DNA of 64,000 nucleotides from Nageia nagi (Eukaryota; Plantae; Pinophyta): NCBI GenBank assembly GCA_050084985.1, contig JBITNC010000001.1, forward strand, positions 4,278,001-4,342,000, in the 5' to 3' direction. The notes beneath the pieces were generated by a model. It was not told the origin of the DNA, ran no database searches, and was given only the letters and a program-made list of their open reading frames with translations. Positions 41,545 to 54,588 of the stretch are shown one piece after another. The position numbers were made by a program, and so were the translations under genes. Each line of letters starts with the position of its first letter. Within the stretch, counting starts at the first letter, position 1.

Positions 41545-42467
41545 TAGTCCTTTTTGGTAACTTAAGCCTTGTTATCATTTTGTCACCCCTAAAACTAGTT
41601 GGCCCATTGGTTAGGGGGATTAACTAGCTACCTCATTAGTTAGTGAGGTTAGTCAACCAATTGATTGGTTAGCCTTGTATAAAATTAAACTTTAAAAAAC
41701 ATAAAAATAGTCCCTCTCCCTACATGCACCCAAAATGAAAGTGGCACACTAAATGTACATGGTAGACCAATCAGTCACTTGATCTGCCACCTTTGACTTG
41801 GTAGGGGTCCTCCACTTACATTCAAAATCCATCTCCAACCAAGACTCCCTCCCTTGGCAAGTTTGAACTAGAGGAACAATAGCCAACTCTAAACTCTCCA
41901 ACCAACATGAAGCTCCTCCAGCCATAGCAACTTCAAATTAGCCAAGCCTCCTTTGATTATGCAAATCTAAACCAAAGCAAGCATACATAAACATGGATAG
42001 GCTTTGATCTTCTTTTGCAAGTTTGGACCAATCAAGGAGGAGCACCAAGGAGTAGAGTATTGTATCCTTCTATATATAAGTGTTTTCATGAATTTTGTGT
42101 GACATGTAGTATGTGTGTTAGGCTAGATTCATGATAGTCTAGTTTATATTTACTACTTGATCATTGTTTTAGAATAGCATAGGCATATCATATTGCATTC
42201 TAGGCATATCCTTTCTTTCTATCACCCATTTGATTATGGAATGAGGGATCTATAGTCTATTAAGGAGGTTTAACACCTCTCTTGAGCACACTTTGGGATC
42301 TTAAGGGACCAAAGTGTTGAGATCCCTAGTAACACTTATTTTTTTATACGTCTTCTTGCAGGTTTAAAACTCTCATTCATCCATCCATCACATCAAATAG
42401 CAAGAAACATTTTAGACATTGTAGAGTTATATCTAGAAGACCCATTACATAGTTTTGGATGCTCACA
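41545..42467 (+). repeat. 3' LTR (portion alignable with the 5' LTR; true start unresolved)
   Basis: Colinear with 31083-32012. Confidence 0.85.
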
Positions 42468-42579
42468 ATAGCATATTTGAAGGAGAATATGGGGAAATCT
42501 TGGTATTTTAGGCCTTTAAATGAATGATTTTAAAATACTATTGGAAAGAGATTTATTATGACATCGATAAATAATGGAA

Positions 42580-42980
42580 TATTTATTATTTTGGGCTGAG
42601 AAAATTTTATGGAATAGTAAGAAGTAATAGACAGTTACTCTTTCTAATACTGAAGTAGATTATATGGATTCCTCCTTTACTTGCACTCAAACCATTTGGA
42701 TGGCCAAATTATTTGAAGAATTATGCATGTACTTTGGCCAACCCATTACAATTCATTATGGTAATGCCAACACCATTTCCATGATAAAGAATCTAGTGTT
42801 TCATAGCTAGAGAAAGCATAATGATATTCACCATCATTTCATGAGATACTTAGTGAAGGATGGATTCATTGAATTCAAATTTTGTACATATGAAGATTAG
42901 CTTGTAGATATTTTCATCAAAGCACTACCAAAGGATAAATTATTTAGTCTACAAAATTGAATTGGAATTCAAACCATTAA
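42580..42980 (+). pseudogene. Host Copia RNase H remnant
   Basis: 'WNSKK**TVTLSNTEVDY', 'KNLVFHS*RKHNDIHHHF' and 'LVDIFIKAL'. Confidence 0.9.
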
Positions 42981-43522
42981 CATTAAAGCAAAGGATGAAA
43001 GAAAATAATATTTCATGGTTTGAACATTCAAATTTTGACTTTAGCAATTTTATCCTATATCACTCATGCTAATGAATACTACTAGATATCTAATTTACCA
43101 ACCTACTTAATTTCTATTGTAAACATGTAGTTGATCTCTAAATTCTTATAATTTGATATTTCTATAATTAGATTATCTTATGCTATACAAATATGGATTT
43201 CCATACCTTCTATCAAAAGTATTAGGCATCTATTTATGTTTTTACTAATTTATTGAATAGATTATGTACTTCTATTAGATTTCTTGGAGTGTAAAAACCT
43301 CAATATTCTTTCTCAATATATGTATAGGGATAAGATCCCATTGTATTATAACAATTAGAGATTCATTTTGCAATAACAATAGCAAGAAATTTGCTTTGCA
43401 ACTCTTTTTTATATTTGTATGATTTCTTCTATTTTTAAGCATGTATATTTGAAAAAAATACTTACATATCTTTGTATAAGTATTATGGAGAAATTCCAAT
43501 GTGATATTCATCTATTTGTATG

Positions 43523-44245
43523 TGTATATCTCAAATTGTGTAAAATATGAAAATACATAATAAATAAATCAGTCTACAATGTAAGAAGAAATAGATAATG
43601 TACATTATATAAGATTACATAAAATATAGATGAAACCCATGCACCTAATATGAAGTGCATGTACAATCCTTAATAATAAGTAACAATGAATCTTTGGAGA
43701 ATTGGGATCGAATTCATGGTGAGTTCTCACTAGATATTCATGTGCATGGATCAATGAATCAACCACCAAAATCTAGAACCCTCAATCTAGATGATGCATG
43801 CCATTATCAACCTAAATGGAGCATGATGTTGGCTACATTAAATATGTTGAATTGTATTGTGCACAAAAGATAGAAAGTTTAGAGCTCAGAGTATAACAAT
43901 TTCTCATGATAGATGGCACCTAAAGACACCATAGATTGATGAAGATTACAACTAAAAACCACTATTAAATTTTTTATCATATCAAAGAGTTCCAATCTAT
44001 GGAGTTATACCTATTCCACTCACTTATATAGCTTGCAAGGATATAGAAAGGAGTAAATAATGACCTCTAGAAACATTATAAAATTCGTTATTTTCAAGAT
44101 CATTTAAAATATAAACCATGATAAATGATATAGCATGTAATATAACACATGGCATTGCATTGTAATATCAACTTTATCTTGAGATATGTAATATTGCATT
44201 AAGTCATTTAAGAAGTCTAAATATGATTTATTAAATAAAATAATG
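43523..44245 (-). repeat. 3' LTR (inner terminus and PPT apparently lost)
   Basis: Colinear with 59827-60545 but lacks the last ~20 bp TTTTTAGGTGCTACA. Confidence 0.85.
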
Positions 44246-46087
44246 AAAGCATTGAAATTGCATAATCAAAATAAGTATAGAGAAAAGAAGACAATTTTTA
44301 ATAGCAAAGTGGACTTCCCTAATATGTTGAGTATGATATGTTGTTTTCCCCTTTTGGTCTTGCATTTCTCTTTTGCTCATGTTGTTTCAAGTAATCAAGA
44401 CAAAAATTAGAGTCCCTATGTGAGGAGAGCATCTCTATGTGAATCCTACTCTCTAGAATAATACCTTTTTATGAACAAACCAACATAATACCCACATAGA
44501 TCACATTTTATTAAAGAATAAAAAATTAAAAAAGCAAGGATGAAATAAATATGATATCCATTATATCACTATGGTCGATGTGACTCATATTTCTATTAAT
44601 CATGACATATAGACTACTATGATTGCAACTCATAGTCTATAAAAATCAAGTTGATGAGGCCCTTTTTAATGCCCCAATCTTGGAACAACCATGATTATCA
44701 AGCTAATGAGAACCTTTTTAATGACTATAGCTTAAAATAACCTATAATTAATAAGATATTTTGTTTATGGAGTTACCATGGCCTTGAAAATATTTGTTAG
44801 CATAACAATGAACAATATCATTTGATTCCCATGAAAATACCAAATATTGAAATATTGATTAGCCTTACATATCAACATTGCATGTGCAATTACATTTAAT
44901 TGCTTGATTTCATTAATTTTCAAATTAAATCCACATTATGAATTTCATAAAATTTATCAATTATATCTTTTGCATTTTTATTCATCATTTCCATATCAAT
45001 GCATATTTGTGAAATAATGGCATTTTCAAATAGATATTCAAATATTGTGTGACATGCCCCATTTATAATGAATTCATAATAAGCACACATTATTAGTAGC
45101 ATGGAAACAATCATATCAAATCTACAAATTTTAATGATATTCAATTCAATGTAAGTAAATCATGTATCACAAAGATTGTGAAATCATATCTCCATATAGC
45201 ATAATATTTTCCTTATAAGCAATAACTTTTTCAATTTTTGACCTTATATACTTTTTGTCTATGCAATGATCATACAAGCATTGTATGAATATTTTTTGAT
45301 CCATTATAATTTTACCTCATGCTACTATTTATGTGAAGATGATGGATTTGATCATCTTATAAGATAGCACATTCAATTGGTGTTAAAAAATAATTATTTA
45401 GATATTTACCATCTCAAAATTATGTAGAAATGTGAAAATCAAAATTTGACATTGGTGTTTAATTGAATTAGATTTTATGATTTAAAATCTCCTTTTTCTT
45501 GTTAGGTATTATCCAATTTAATCATCTATTTGAATCTAACAAAATCAAAATTAAAATATAAAATTGGAATCACGTTTTAATTTTGTAAAAATCATGTCAC
45601 CAATGGCATGTAGTTAATATTAATAAATAATAAAAATGCAACATCAACAACATAACCATTAAAGCATGATTTAAACAATCAAATTTACCATTTCTACCAT
45701 TTTGAACCAGCATGGAGTGGATTGAATCGTAATTTTACTTTTTACATGTCATTGGTAGTGTGAATGTACTAGAATTAGTTTTTGAAAAATAATTATATAT
45801 CAATTAAAATATTTCCATGCATTTTTCACACCCTAATCATCATTTTTTAAGCATAGAATACAATATTTAAGAAGGGGATTCATTTTCTAGGGTTAAGTCA
45901 AATTTTGAAATAAAAAGGTATTTGAGGGGGTGGGATTAACTATTCATTTGAGCTTTTGTCTTATTGCTCCTACATTTTTATTATCCATCCAATTGGTATA
46001 TCTTTCTTTCTTATTATCATGGGATTCTCTTACACTTTCCTCCTTTCACATTATCTCTTTTGATTTGTCTGTTACCTTCTAGCGAAG

Positions 46088-46634
46088 ATGGCCAACCAAG
46101 ATTGGCGACTAGTTGAGAGGCCCCTATCTAGGAGGAGGGGGCACATGGATAAATACCTCGATACCTTTCCTTTTACATATTAGGTATGTTCAAATCAATT
46201 TCCTTCAATAATTTTATACTATATTTCACCTTTACAAAGTCCCAAGGTTCCTCTATTTGCATTTCATTGGCTAGGTTTAACTTATTGCCTACATTTTTGA
46301 TAGAAATTTATGATTAATTTATTTTATTATTAATTTTAATTCTATGGTTATTTTGTTATAATATAAGGTAATTTTGATTTGGAGTGGACCTATGTCCACT
46401 ATGATGCTATACAAGGCACAAGGATGGTAGAGAATAAATCATGAGGACAACATCCTCATGTGGTCCGAGTTGAATGACTTAGCCATTTTCAGCAAAATTT
46501 AGCAATACCTCATACTTATCATAGCCTTGGTCAAGATATGGGATGAGGATACTAATTCATTTCACTTTCCCCTAGGTGAAATGAGCATGAAACTGCTAGG
46601 TGTGTATAGGATTTGGGGAATTCCTATTTGGGTT
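46088..46634 (+). pseudogene. Plant Mobile Domain (PMD, aminotransferase-like) gene, 5' part with putative intron 46184-46367
   Basis: Reads 'LIIALVKIWDEDTNSFHFPLGEMSMKLLGVYRIWGIPI', matching the PMD motif L..ERW..ET.TFH.P.GEMTITL.DV..I.GLP. Upstream 96-nt ATG exon ends at AG|GTATGT. Confidence 0.82.
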
Positions 46635-47086
46635 TGAAGGATTTAGACCTACTCTAATCCTCAAGGTCCAAGACTAGGAAACTCAATCATACACAAGATA
46701 ACATAATATAATGTGGTTCCTCCCTCCTTGGGAGTACATCCACAACTAGTTCTCAATTCTCAATCTATGCAACTCTTACAACAATTCTCTTCCTCTCCCA
46801 CACAATTTAGTAGAGTAATCTTACTCCAAAAACTTAGTTATGTTACAAGAGGAGAGGCCCTCTATTTATAGCTTGAGAGCACCTCCCTAACCTCCCTTTA
46901 ACCCAAGGGTAAGGTTAGGGTTACAATAAATGTATCACCTAACTTTAACCTACCAACTAACCACATGGTAAAGTCAAAGTCTACATAATAAAGAATTCAA
47001 TTAATCCCTTAAGGTATCTACATATCCTTTAAGTGATTAATTGAATTTACAAGGAGTTTAGATATTCACAATATTTCATTACAAAT
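46635..47086 (-). repeat. 3' LTR segment shared with the 5' LTR
   Basis: Roughly 8-10 differences by eye over 452 bp relative to 54589-55040. TATA box CTATAAATAGA at 46871-46861. Confidence 0.95.
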
Positions 47087-47484
47087 ATTGGGATAGAGCG
47101 TAGAAGAGAGAAGAGAGAGAGTAAGAGAGAGTTCTCCTCCATAGAGACACAAGTGGAGATGAGAACATCTACATATTTGAGAATCTTTTTGAGAACTAGT
47201 TTGAGACTCACTACATTACCATTTGACAAAAATGGTTTACAATACAATCATTAACCACAACTGGTTTCACTGTACATAGTATTCGATCAACTTTAAGATG
47301 ACATGTGAGTCTTCATGAGCTTGCTTACATAAGGTGAGTAACCTGCATTTCTGAAGAAGATCCTGCATGCTACAAGTAACTCATGAACAAAATCAATGGT
47401 GCATTATAAGTCATCACGGAGATGCCAAGCCATCACTCATAGTCACCTGTTGTATATAGACATATGTTGATTTTTAATAGAGCA

Positions 47485-47705
47485 TAAAAAATTGTACAAC
47501 AAGTTTCTCATGCAGAGCAAACTTACCACGGAGGTATAGAATGTACAAGAAGTTCCTCACACAGAGCAAACTTACCACTGAGGTATATCAATTATATGCT
47601 CAAAAAATTGTACAATAAGTTTCTCACACAGAGCAAACTTACCATGGAGGTATAAAATGTACAAGTTTCTCACGTAGAGCAAACTTACCATAGAGGTATA
47701 TCATA
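47485..47705. repeat. Four ~45-bp tandem units arranged as two dimers
   Basis: TGTACAA..AAGTTTCTCACACAGAGCAAACTTACCACGGAGGTATA x4. Confidence 0.92.
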
Positions 47706-47767
47706 ATCAACACAATATAACAACAAAAATGCCTCTTAGAGGTGAAGTTGTCATCACTAACAAAAGT

Positions 47768-50700
47768 TCAAACTTCACTCCCCCTTGAGAGCAACTTCAC
47801 CAACCCAAGATAATCCCTAAGCTTGCTGAATTGAGCTTCAGGAAGGGGCTTGGTGAATAAATTAACAGAGTTTTTAGTAGATGGACAATACTTCAAGTGT
47901 ATGACATCATCTAGAACCTTCTCCCTGATAAAATGGGCTTCGATTTCCACATGTTTGGTTCTTTGATGGATACAGGATTCTTAGCCAAAGAGATAGCCGA
48001 TTGATTATCTAAAGAGACAAGAGATGGGCCATTTTGCTCATACCCAATTTCATTCAAAAGATGCCTCAGCCAAATAGCATCTTGGGTGGCAATAGACATG
48101 GCTCGATATTTGGCTTCAGTGGTAGAAAGAGTCATAGTAGGTTGCTTCTTGGAAGCCCAAGAGATAGCACCTGAACCAATGCTGAACATATATGCAGAGG
48201 TTGATTTTCTATCATCTCTATCTCCCCCATAATTAGAATCTAAGAACCTGGAGAGAACAATCGAGGGCACTTTGGAATACTTAAGAGTAAGATCCTTTGT
48301 CCCTACCACATACCTCAAGATTTGCTTAATAGCATTGAGGTGTTCAACATATGGTTTTTGCATGAATCGTGCCATTAGATTCACTGCAAAGGCAATATCA
48401 GGTCGAGAGATAGTCAAATACAGAAGACTACCGATCAATTGCCTATAAGCTATAGCATCAGCCAACTGAGAATCTGAGCTCAGTGATACAATGATTCTAG
48501 GAGAAATAGGTATTGCAACATATTTACACTCCTCCATTCCAAACTTTTGCAAGATGTCTGATATATACTTAGATTGACTAAGATAAGTACAATCTTTGTG
48601 TTGGTATACTTGCATCCCAAGATAGTAATGCAAGAGACCTAGATCAGTCATTTCAAATGTTGTCTTCAGTTTGGAGATGCACTCTTGGATGATTTCAATA
48701 TTATTGCTAGTTATGAGAAGATCATCCACATAAAGGAGAATTAAGACCACATCTTTTCCTTTATTGAGTACATAGAGATATGAGTCAGAGAAGCATTTGG
48801 AAAAACCAATATCTGTAAAGAATCCTAAAATTTTTTTGTACCATCCTCTAGGTGCTTGCTTAAGTCCATACAAAGATTTCTTAAGCTTGCACACTAAAGA
48901 CTCTTTACCTTCTGGAATAAATCCTTCTGGTTGATTCATGTAGATTTCTACATCCAAGTCACCATTGAGAAATGCACTCTTGACATCAAGTTGAAAAGCT
49001 TTCCATCCTTGAGCTACAGAAAGAGCAAGGATTATCTTGATAGTAGGCATCTTGGCCACAAGAGCAAAGGTTTCTCATAATCAATACCATATTTTTGAGC
49101 GAATCCTTTGGCCACAAACCTTGCTTTGTATTTTTCAATTTTTCCATCAGAATTGTACTTGACCTTATATATCCATTTATTTCCAATCACATTTTTCTCA
49201 TTGGGATAAGGAACCAAATCCCAAGTTTCATTTTTCATGAGCGCCTCATACTCAACTTTCATAGCTTCCATCCAACACTCTTGCTTGGAAGCTTCTTTGA
49301 AGGTTGATGGCTCATGCGTATTATCAATTTTGGAAAATAAAGAGTTATTCAAGGTCATACTCCTTGTAATTCTCTGGAGAATTGTGCTCTTATGGTGACT
49401 TCCCTACATGATCATCCAACCAGTTAGGTGCAAGCGAAGAATCATCTGTATCAAACACCTCAGCATGAGAGGTCGTATCCTCAGGAAGTTCATTGAACTT
49501 GACATCCCTAGAAATAAAGACTATGTTATGGGATGAGGAGTAGAGCCTGTAACCTCTATGCTGATTATCATTCCCCACAAAGATGCATTTTTCTAATCTT
49601 TTATCCAACTTCTTTCTTTTCTCTGAGGTAATGAAGGCAAATGCATCACAACCGAAGACTCTAAAGTGTGAGAGGTTAGGTTTCTTTCCTATCCATGCTT
49701 CATACAGAGTTTTACCTTCAACTACTTTAGTAGGACACCTATTTAGGGTGTGAATAGCAGTGTGAACAGCTTCACCCTATAACAAACTAGGAAGGTTACC
49801 CAACATGCACCTTGCCATTTCCATAATGGTTCGATTCTTTCTTTCAGCAACTCCATTTTGCTGAGGGGTGTAAGGGATTATGAATTGTTGCTTAATCCCA
49901 TGTTTAACACAATAGTCATTAAACTCATTGCTATTATACTCACCCCCATTATCAGATCTTAGCATCTTGATCTTAAAATTAGTTTGATTTTCAACAAGAG
50001 CCTTGAAGTTTTTAAACCTATCAAAAGTTTGATCCTTGTGCTCAAGTAGATAACCAAATGTCATCCTACTAAAGTCATCAATGAAGGTTAGAACATAAGA
50101 AGCTCCCCCTAGAGACTTAGTCTGAAACGGACCCATAAAATCTGAATGCACAAGCTGAAGAGGACGAGTAGCCCGAGTTGCCTTATCTTTTTCAAACTTT
50201 TGCCTATTCATCTTTCCTAGAATGCACCTTTCACAGAGACCAATTGTGGGTGAAATATTAGGTAAACCTTCCACAAGTTCTTGAGTTTTCATATCTTGAA
50301 TACTCTTATGGTTAAGGTGCCCTAATCATTGATGCCAAAGATTACCTTTTGAATAAACATTTGCAGCAAGACAAATCTTTAAAGGAACTTGATCCATAAT
50401 ATAAAGGTCATCCTTTACTGATCCTTTCATGAAGGTGGCAAGTCCTTTCTTAACATACCAGGAGTGTGAGGTAAACTCAAATGAGTATCCTTTCCTTGTA
50501 ATCTAAATTATGGAGATGAGATTCATCCTTAGTTTAGGCACATAAAGGACATTATCAAGAGTCTTTCCATGAATCTTCACACTCCCTATTCCTTGAACAT
50601 CAAGGATTGTATTATCACCTATCACAACTGCATCCTTCTTGTACTTATGAAATTTTTCAAACTTATCCTTTTCATAACACATATGATTAGTGCATCCTGA

Positions 50701-51675
50701 ATCAACAATCCAATCATTTGAAATAGTTTGTCATTGAGTAGTAGGCAACAGTAGCAGTATGCTTGTTCTTCTTTTTATTATTGAAATTTCTCACTGGTGC
50801 ATTTCCCTTGCCTTTTTGAGCAAATTTCTTTTTACGACAATCATACTCTTTATGCCCATAGATGCCACAAAAGTTACAATTTCCATCAAACTTTTCCTGA
50901 GGTGTTGGATTGCTTGATCCAGCTTTGTCATGCCTTTGCTTGTAGTTGCCATTATTGTTGCCCTTTTTCTCATACTTCCTGAAGGTAGATGAGGATTTGT
51001 TATCTTTGAATTTATAATGTTTGAACTTCTTCTTGAAAGGAGTTTTGGTTGCTCCTAGAGCAATGTTATTGTCCTTTGGAGAAAGGTTTAACATTTTCTT
51101 ATTCAAAGTTTCCTCATGCTTCAGAAGGAGTCTAGAAAGGTTATCAAGAGAGATGACATCTTCTTCATCATCGAGCCTTGTTTCCATAACCGTGACAAAG
51201 TTACTGAACTTTGTAGAAAGGCTTTGAAGAATGATGAAGACCATGAACTCATCATTGATCCAGTTGCACCCATAGCCAACCAGTTGTGTCCTGAGGTCAA
51301 TGATTTTGTTCAAGTAGATAGAAGCACTTTCATCTTCACCTTGACGATATTACAACAACTTTTGTAAAATGGTGAACCTCCTTGAAAATTTTGACCCAAG
51401 GTAAATTTTCTTCAGCCTATCCCAAGCTTCCTATACTGATGTTGAAGAAGAGATCATGAGAAGGACATCATCTGAAACTGCATGATAAATCATTGAAGTT
51501 GCTAACTCATTCTTTGAGTTGTATATTTCAAGAGCCTTCTCATCTTTAGGAGCGACCAAGTCTTCATTAACTATCTGCCATAGCTTCCTTGCTTGTAACT
51601 CAGCTTTCATATGAGGTTTCCATTTTCCAAACTTGGAACCATCGAGTATATGCTTGGGTATGAAGTTTCAACCAT
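47768..51675 (-). pseudogene. Copia gag-pol polyprotein with a few stops and frameshifts
   Basis: gag with CNFCGIYGHKEYDC (50714-51313), protease WIVDSG near 50713, INT (49777-50292, LRSDNGGEY, YTPQQNGVAERKNR), RT (47911-49358, LDVKSAFLNG, LYVDDLL) and RNase H ending at the PPT. Confidence 0.96.
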
Positions 51676-53869
51676 TGCTACAAAAAAGTAAATATGCAAT
51701 AAGAATGCAAATTTTTACAATTTACTATCTATACAAATAAAACATTGATAAGTAAACATGTCCCACATGTGCAAACTTATAAACCATGATTTGGAGAAGG
51801 ATAAAGTTGAGGTTGTTTTCTTGTATAGAATTAGGCCTTCACCTAGATGCCCGCAAGGTGAAGCCCAAGTACTACCAGTCCTCAACCAGTTCACCTTGGT
51901 CAATAATATACTCTCACAAGGAGAAGTACTAACTATTTTCCAAGGATCTGACGTATCTTGGACCGGCCATTTTAATTATCTTTTTAAGGTTTTCAGTTTT
52001 CCTCCTAGGTTATCAGGATAATCCCTGAATGGATGTGCGGACATGTGGTATCACTACACACATGCTTGTCCACCTAATAGAGTTATGTCCAATCCAACAG
52101 AGGTCTTAGGGGCAATTAAGATGGACTTACCACCACTTGGTTCTTCGAACTAAAAAGGCTCCAGTCTGCCCTATCCTCACTTCGTGGCTCCCCAAACAAG
52201 TCATGTTGTGGAAGAATACATGCGGATGTGTTCATTTTAGGGGTTACTTTCAATATTTTGCATTTTGCAAGTATAAAGCAATTGTGCAAAAAATATAAAG
52301 TAACAATACATCATCCACATGAACTTGAAACCTTAAGAGTCCAATGGGTTTTGTACTAACCCCTAAAGGACTTTTTACATTTTGCATACTTTTTCTCAAG
52401 TTCAAAAATTCATTAAGACACTTTAATGAATTTTTAAAAGGCTAAGTCCTACTTAGCATTAATCCATAACTTAAACATGCATTATTCTATGACTTAAAAT
52501 TAAGTAATAAATATGCATCATGCATTATTTAACTTAAAATTTTAAGTACTAAGCATGATGTATTCCTAACAAGGTTAAAAGCATGCATTATAAATTTAGC
52601 ATGCAAGATCCAGCTAGATAAAGATTTAAGTAAAAAATTATACAAAGTCCCCCCATTTTTACTTAAAGTTCTAAAACTTGGATGCTAAAAAAAATGGCTT
52701 TTAAGTATGGTTCCTCCCTCCTTTTCACTTAATGTGTTATCCCTAAAAAAGTGGTCTTTGAAGTATGCATTTTAAGTAAATATTGCCTTTGTTTACTTAA
52801 AAAGAGCATAGGTTTTTAGGAAATATGAAATACTTAAAAAAGGACTTAGGTAAAATCCCTTAAATGGTTAATTTAGACCTAGACATAAAAAAAATCAAAT
52901 CCCTTTGTAGTGGGTAAAAAAAAAAAATTAAAGACTCAACAACTTATATTTGAAAAATATGGAAAGGTGGCCATGTGTAAGCTGCGTGGAGGTTGAGAGG
53001 CTGGGCAGAGGTGGCAAGGGAGACCAAAGTGTGTAGAAGGGCGGTGAAGGTGGCAAGAAGAGGCCATGGAGGGCAGTGGAGGCGTGTGAGTCACGTGGGG
53101 TGGCCAAACGATTGTTGACCACCCAGGTCATGACTGGAGGTCAAGCAATAAGCATTGCATTCAACCACGGTGTTAGAAGATCTTTGGTGCATAGTCGTCG
53201 ACCACTGTGGTCCATAAGACTATAGTTCAAGATGTGATTAAAGTGAATGGGGGGTAGCTAAACATTATAGCACTGGAGAGCATGGCGTTGGTGCATTCCA
53301 TGGTGTATATCCTACAATCATGGTAGTCCATGAAACTCTATATGTAGCTTGTCAAACAATTCACATGCCCTCCTTTCACTTCCATTTTGTGCATATCTGA
53401 GTGATGGAATGGAATCATCGAACAATATCAGTGCCGCATAAGTGCAGGTAAGCTAGCCAAAAGTCATTTTGCTGGTAAATGGTAAAGAAGCTCTTTGTAA
53501 ATAGCTCTCTGTAAGAGAGCAGTAGAGCAAAGTTGCGGTAGTTAGATGCTTCGATGAAAATGAATCATGTGTATTGAATTGAAGTGATGATAAACCCTAA
53601 ATCCTTCACGTATGCAATGTGCCCTCCCTGCAGTCTGAAAGGCTCTCTTCTCTCTGCAATTTGTATATATTTTTTTTTATTTTTTTAGGAGGAAAAAAAA
53701 GGCTTAAAGCGATGCTTTTGTTGCTATTCCGTTTCTTTTCCGAAGTGCTCCAGATTTTAGTCCGACCCCCCAAATTTTGTATAATATATTTTTTTTTAAA
53801 TATATATTTTGTGTTCCTCCACATTTGTATGTTATGTAAATTTTTTTTATATATACAAAAAAAATGCTG

Positions 53870-53904
<35 letters not shown>

Positions 53905-53942
53905 ATTTATATAAATTTTTATATAAATAAAAAAAATTATAT

Positions 53943-53997
<55 letters not shown>

Positions 53998-54000
53998 TAT
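53870..54000. repeat. Compound (TA)n / AT-only tract in the Copia 5' UTR
   Basis: About 130 bp consisting only of A and T, with several (TA)n runs. Confidence 0.92.
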
Positions 54001-54574
54001 TGTGCCCTCATTAAAAAATTTGTAGTAGAACAAAAAAAAAAATTATCCTCCTCTCATTTTTGTAAATGTTCATGCCTCACCAAAAAAAATACCACTAACA
54101 TAAAAAATGGTAGTATATATATGAGAAATTTCACAATAATATATTACTATTTTTAAGCAAATAGTAATAACATAAAGAATGTTAGTATATATTGCAATTT
54201 TCATCATATATTGGTATTTAAGCAAATGTTGTGATAAATTGAACCAACACATACATTTAATTCCAATATAATATGTAAAAAATTTTGTATACTAATCCTT
54301 TTTAAAAGAATTATAGCAATTTAAAAATTGCAAGTAACATAGAGGATTAGTAAAAAAAATTGCAACTTGTTAATCATAATTTAAAAGGATTAACACATAG
54401 CAAGTAATGTGTTAGTAGCATCATGTAATAATCCATAAAATAACCAAGGAGAAAAAATTTATACCTTTTCTTAGTTTTACCTCACCAAGTAAGATGAGGA
54501 ATTAAGAAGGATCACCAAGATGTTCCACACCAAAAGAAAAGCTTCCACACCAAGAAGGAGAGCTTCCACACCAA

Positions 54575-54586
54575 GCTCTGATACCA
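54575..54586 (-). promoter_or_regulatory. Primer-binding site, tRNA-iMet
   Basis: GCTCTGATACCA on the + strand, 2 nt from the LTR. Confidence 0.95.
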
Positions 54587-54588
54587 AT

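Larger units (their letters stand above)
31015..42467 (+). mobile_element. Non-autonomous Tat/Ogre-like Ty3/Gypsy element (gag, no pol)
   Basis: TSD ATAGC (31010-31014 and 42468-42472). Inverted termini TATAAGCACCTAAAA / TTTTGGATGCTCACA. LTR homology 31083-32012 vs 41545-42467. PBS at 32016. Retrotrans_gag present; no RT/INT motifs found. Confidence 0.88.
22114..42995 (+). mobile_element. Decayed Ty1/Copia internal region hosting two nested LTR elements
   Basis: Degenerate PBS TGGTATTAGAAA at 22114 follows ...CTTCA. gag/PR/INT lie at 22147-24070, INT end and RT at 29450-30990, and RNase H at 42580-42980. A purine tract precedes TG at 42996. LTR extents are unresolved. Confidence 0.85.

Noticed and set aside
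47485-47705. CRISPR-like regularly spaced repeats
   Set aside because: The units are contiguous with no unique spacers, the context is eukaryotic LTR sequence, and there are no cas genes.
53606-54252. ORFs rich in I/Y/K/F
   Set aside because: Artefacts of (TA)n and poly-A/T tracts.
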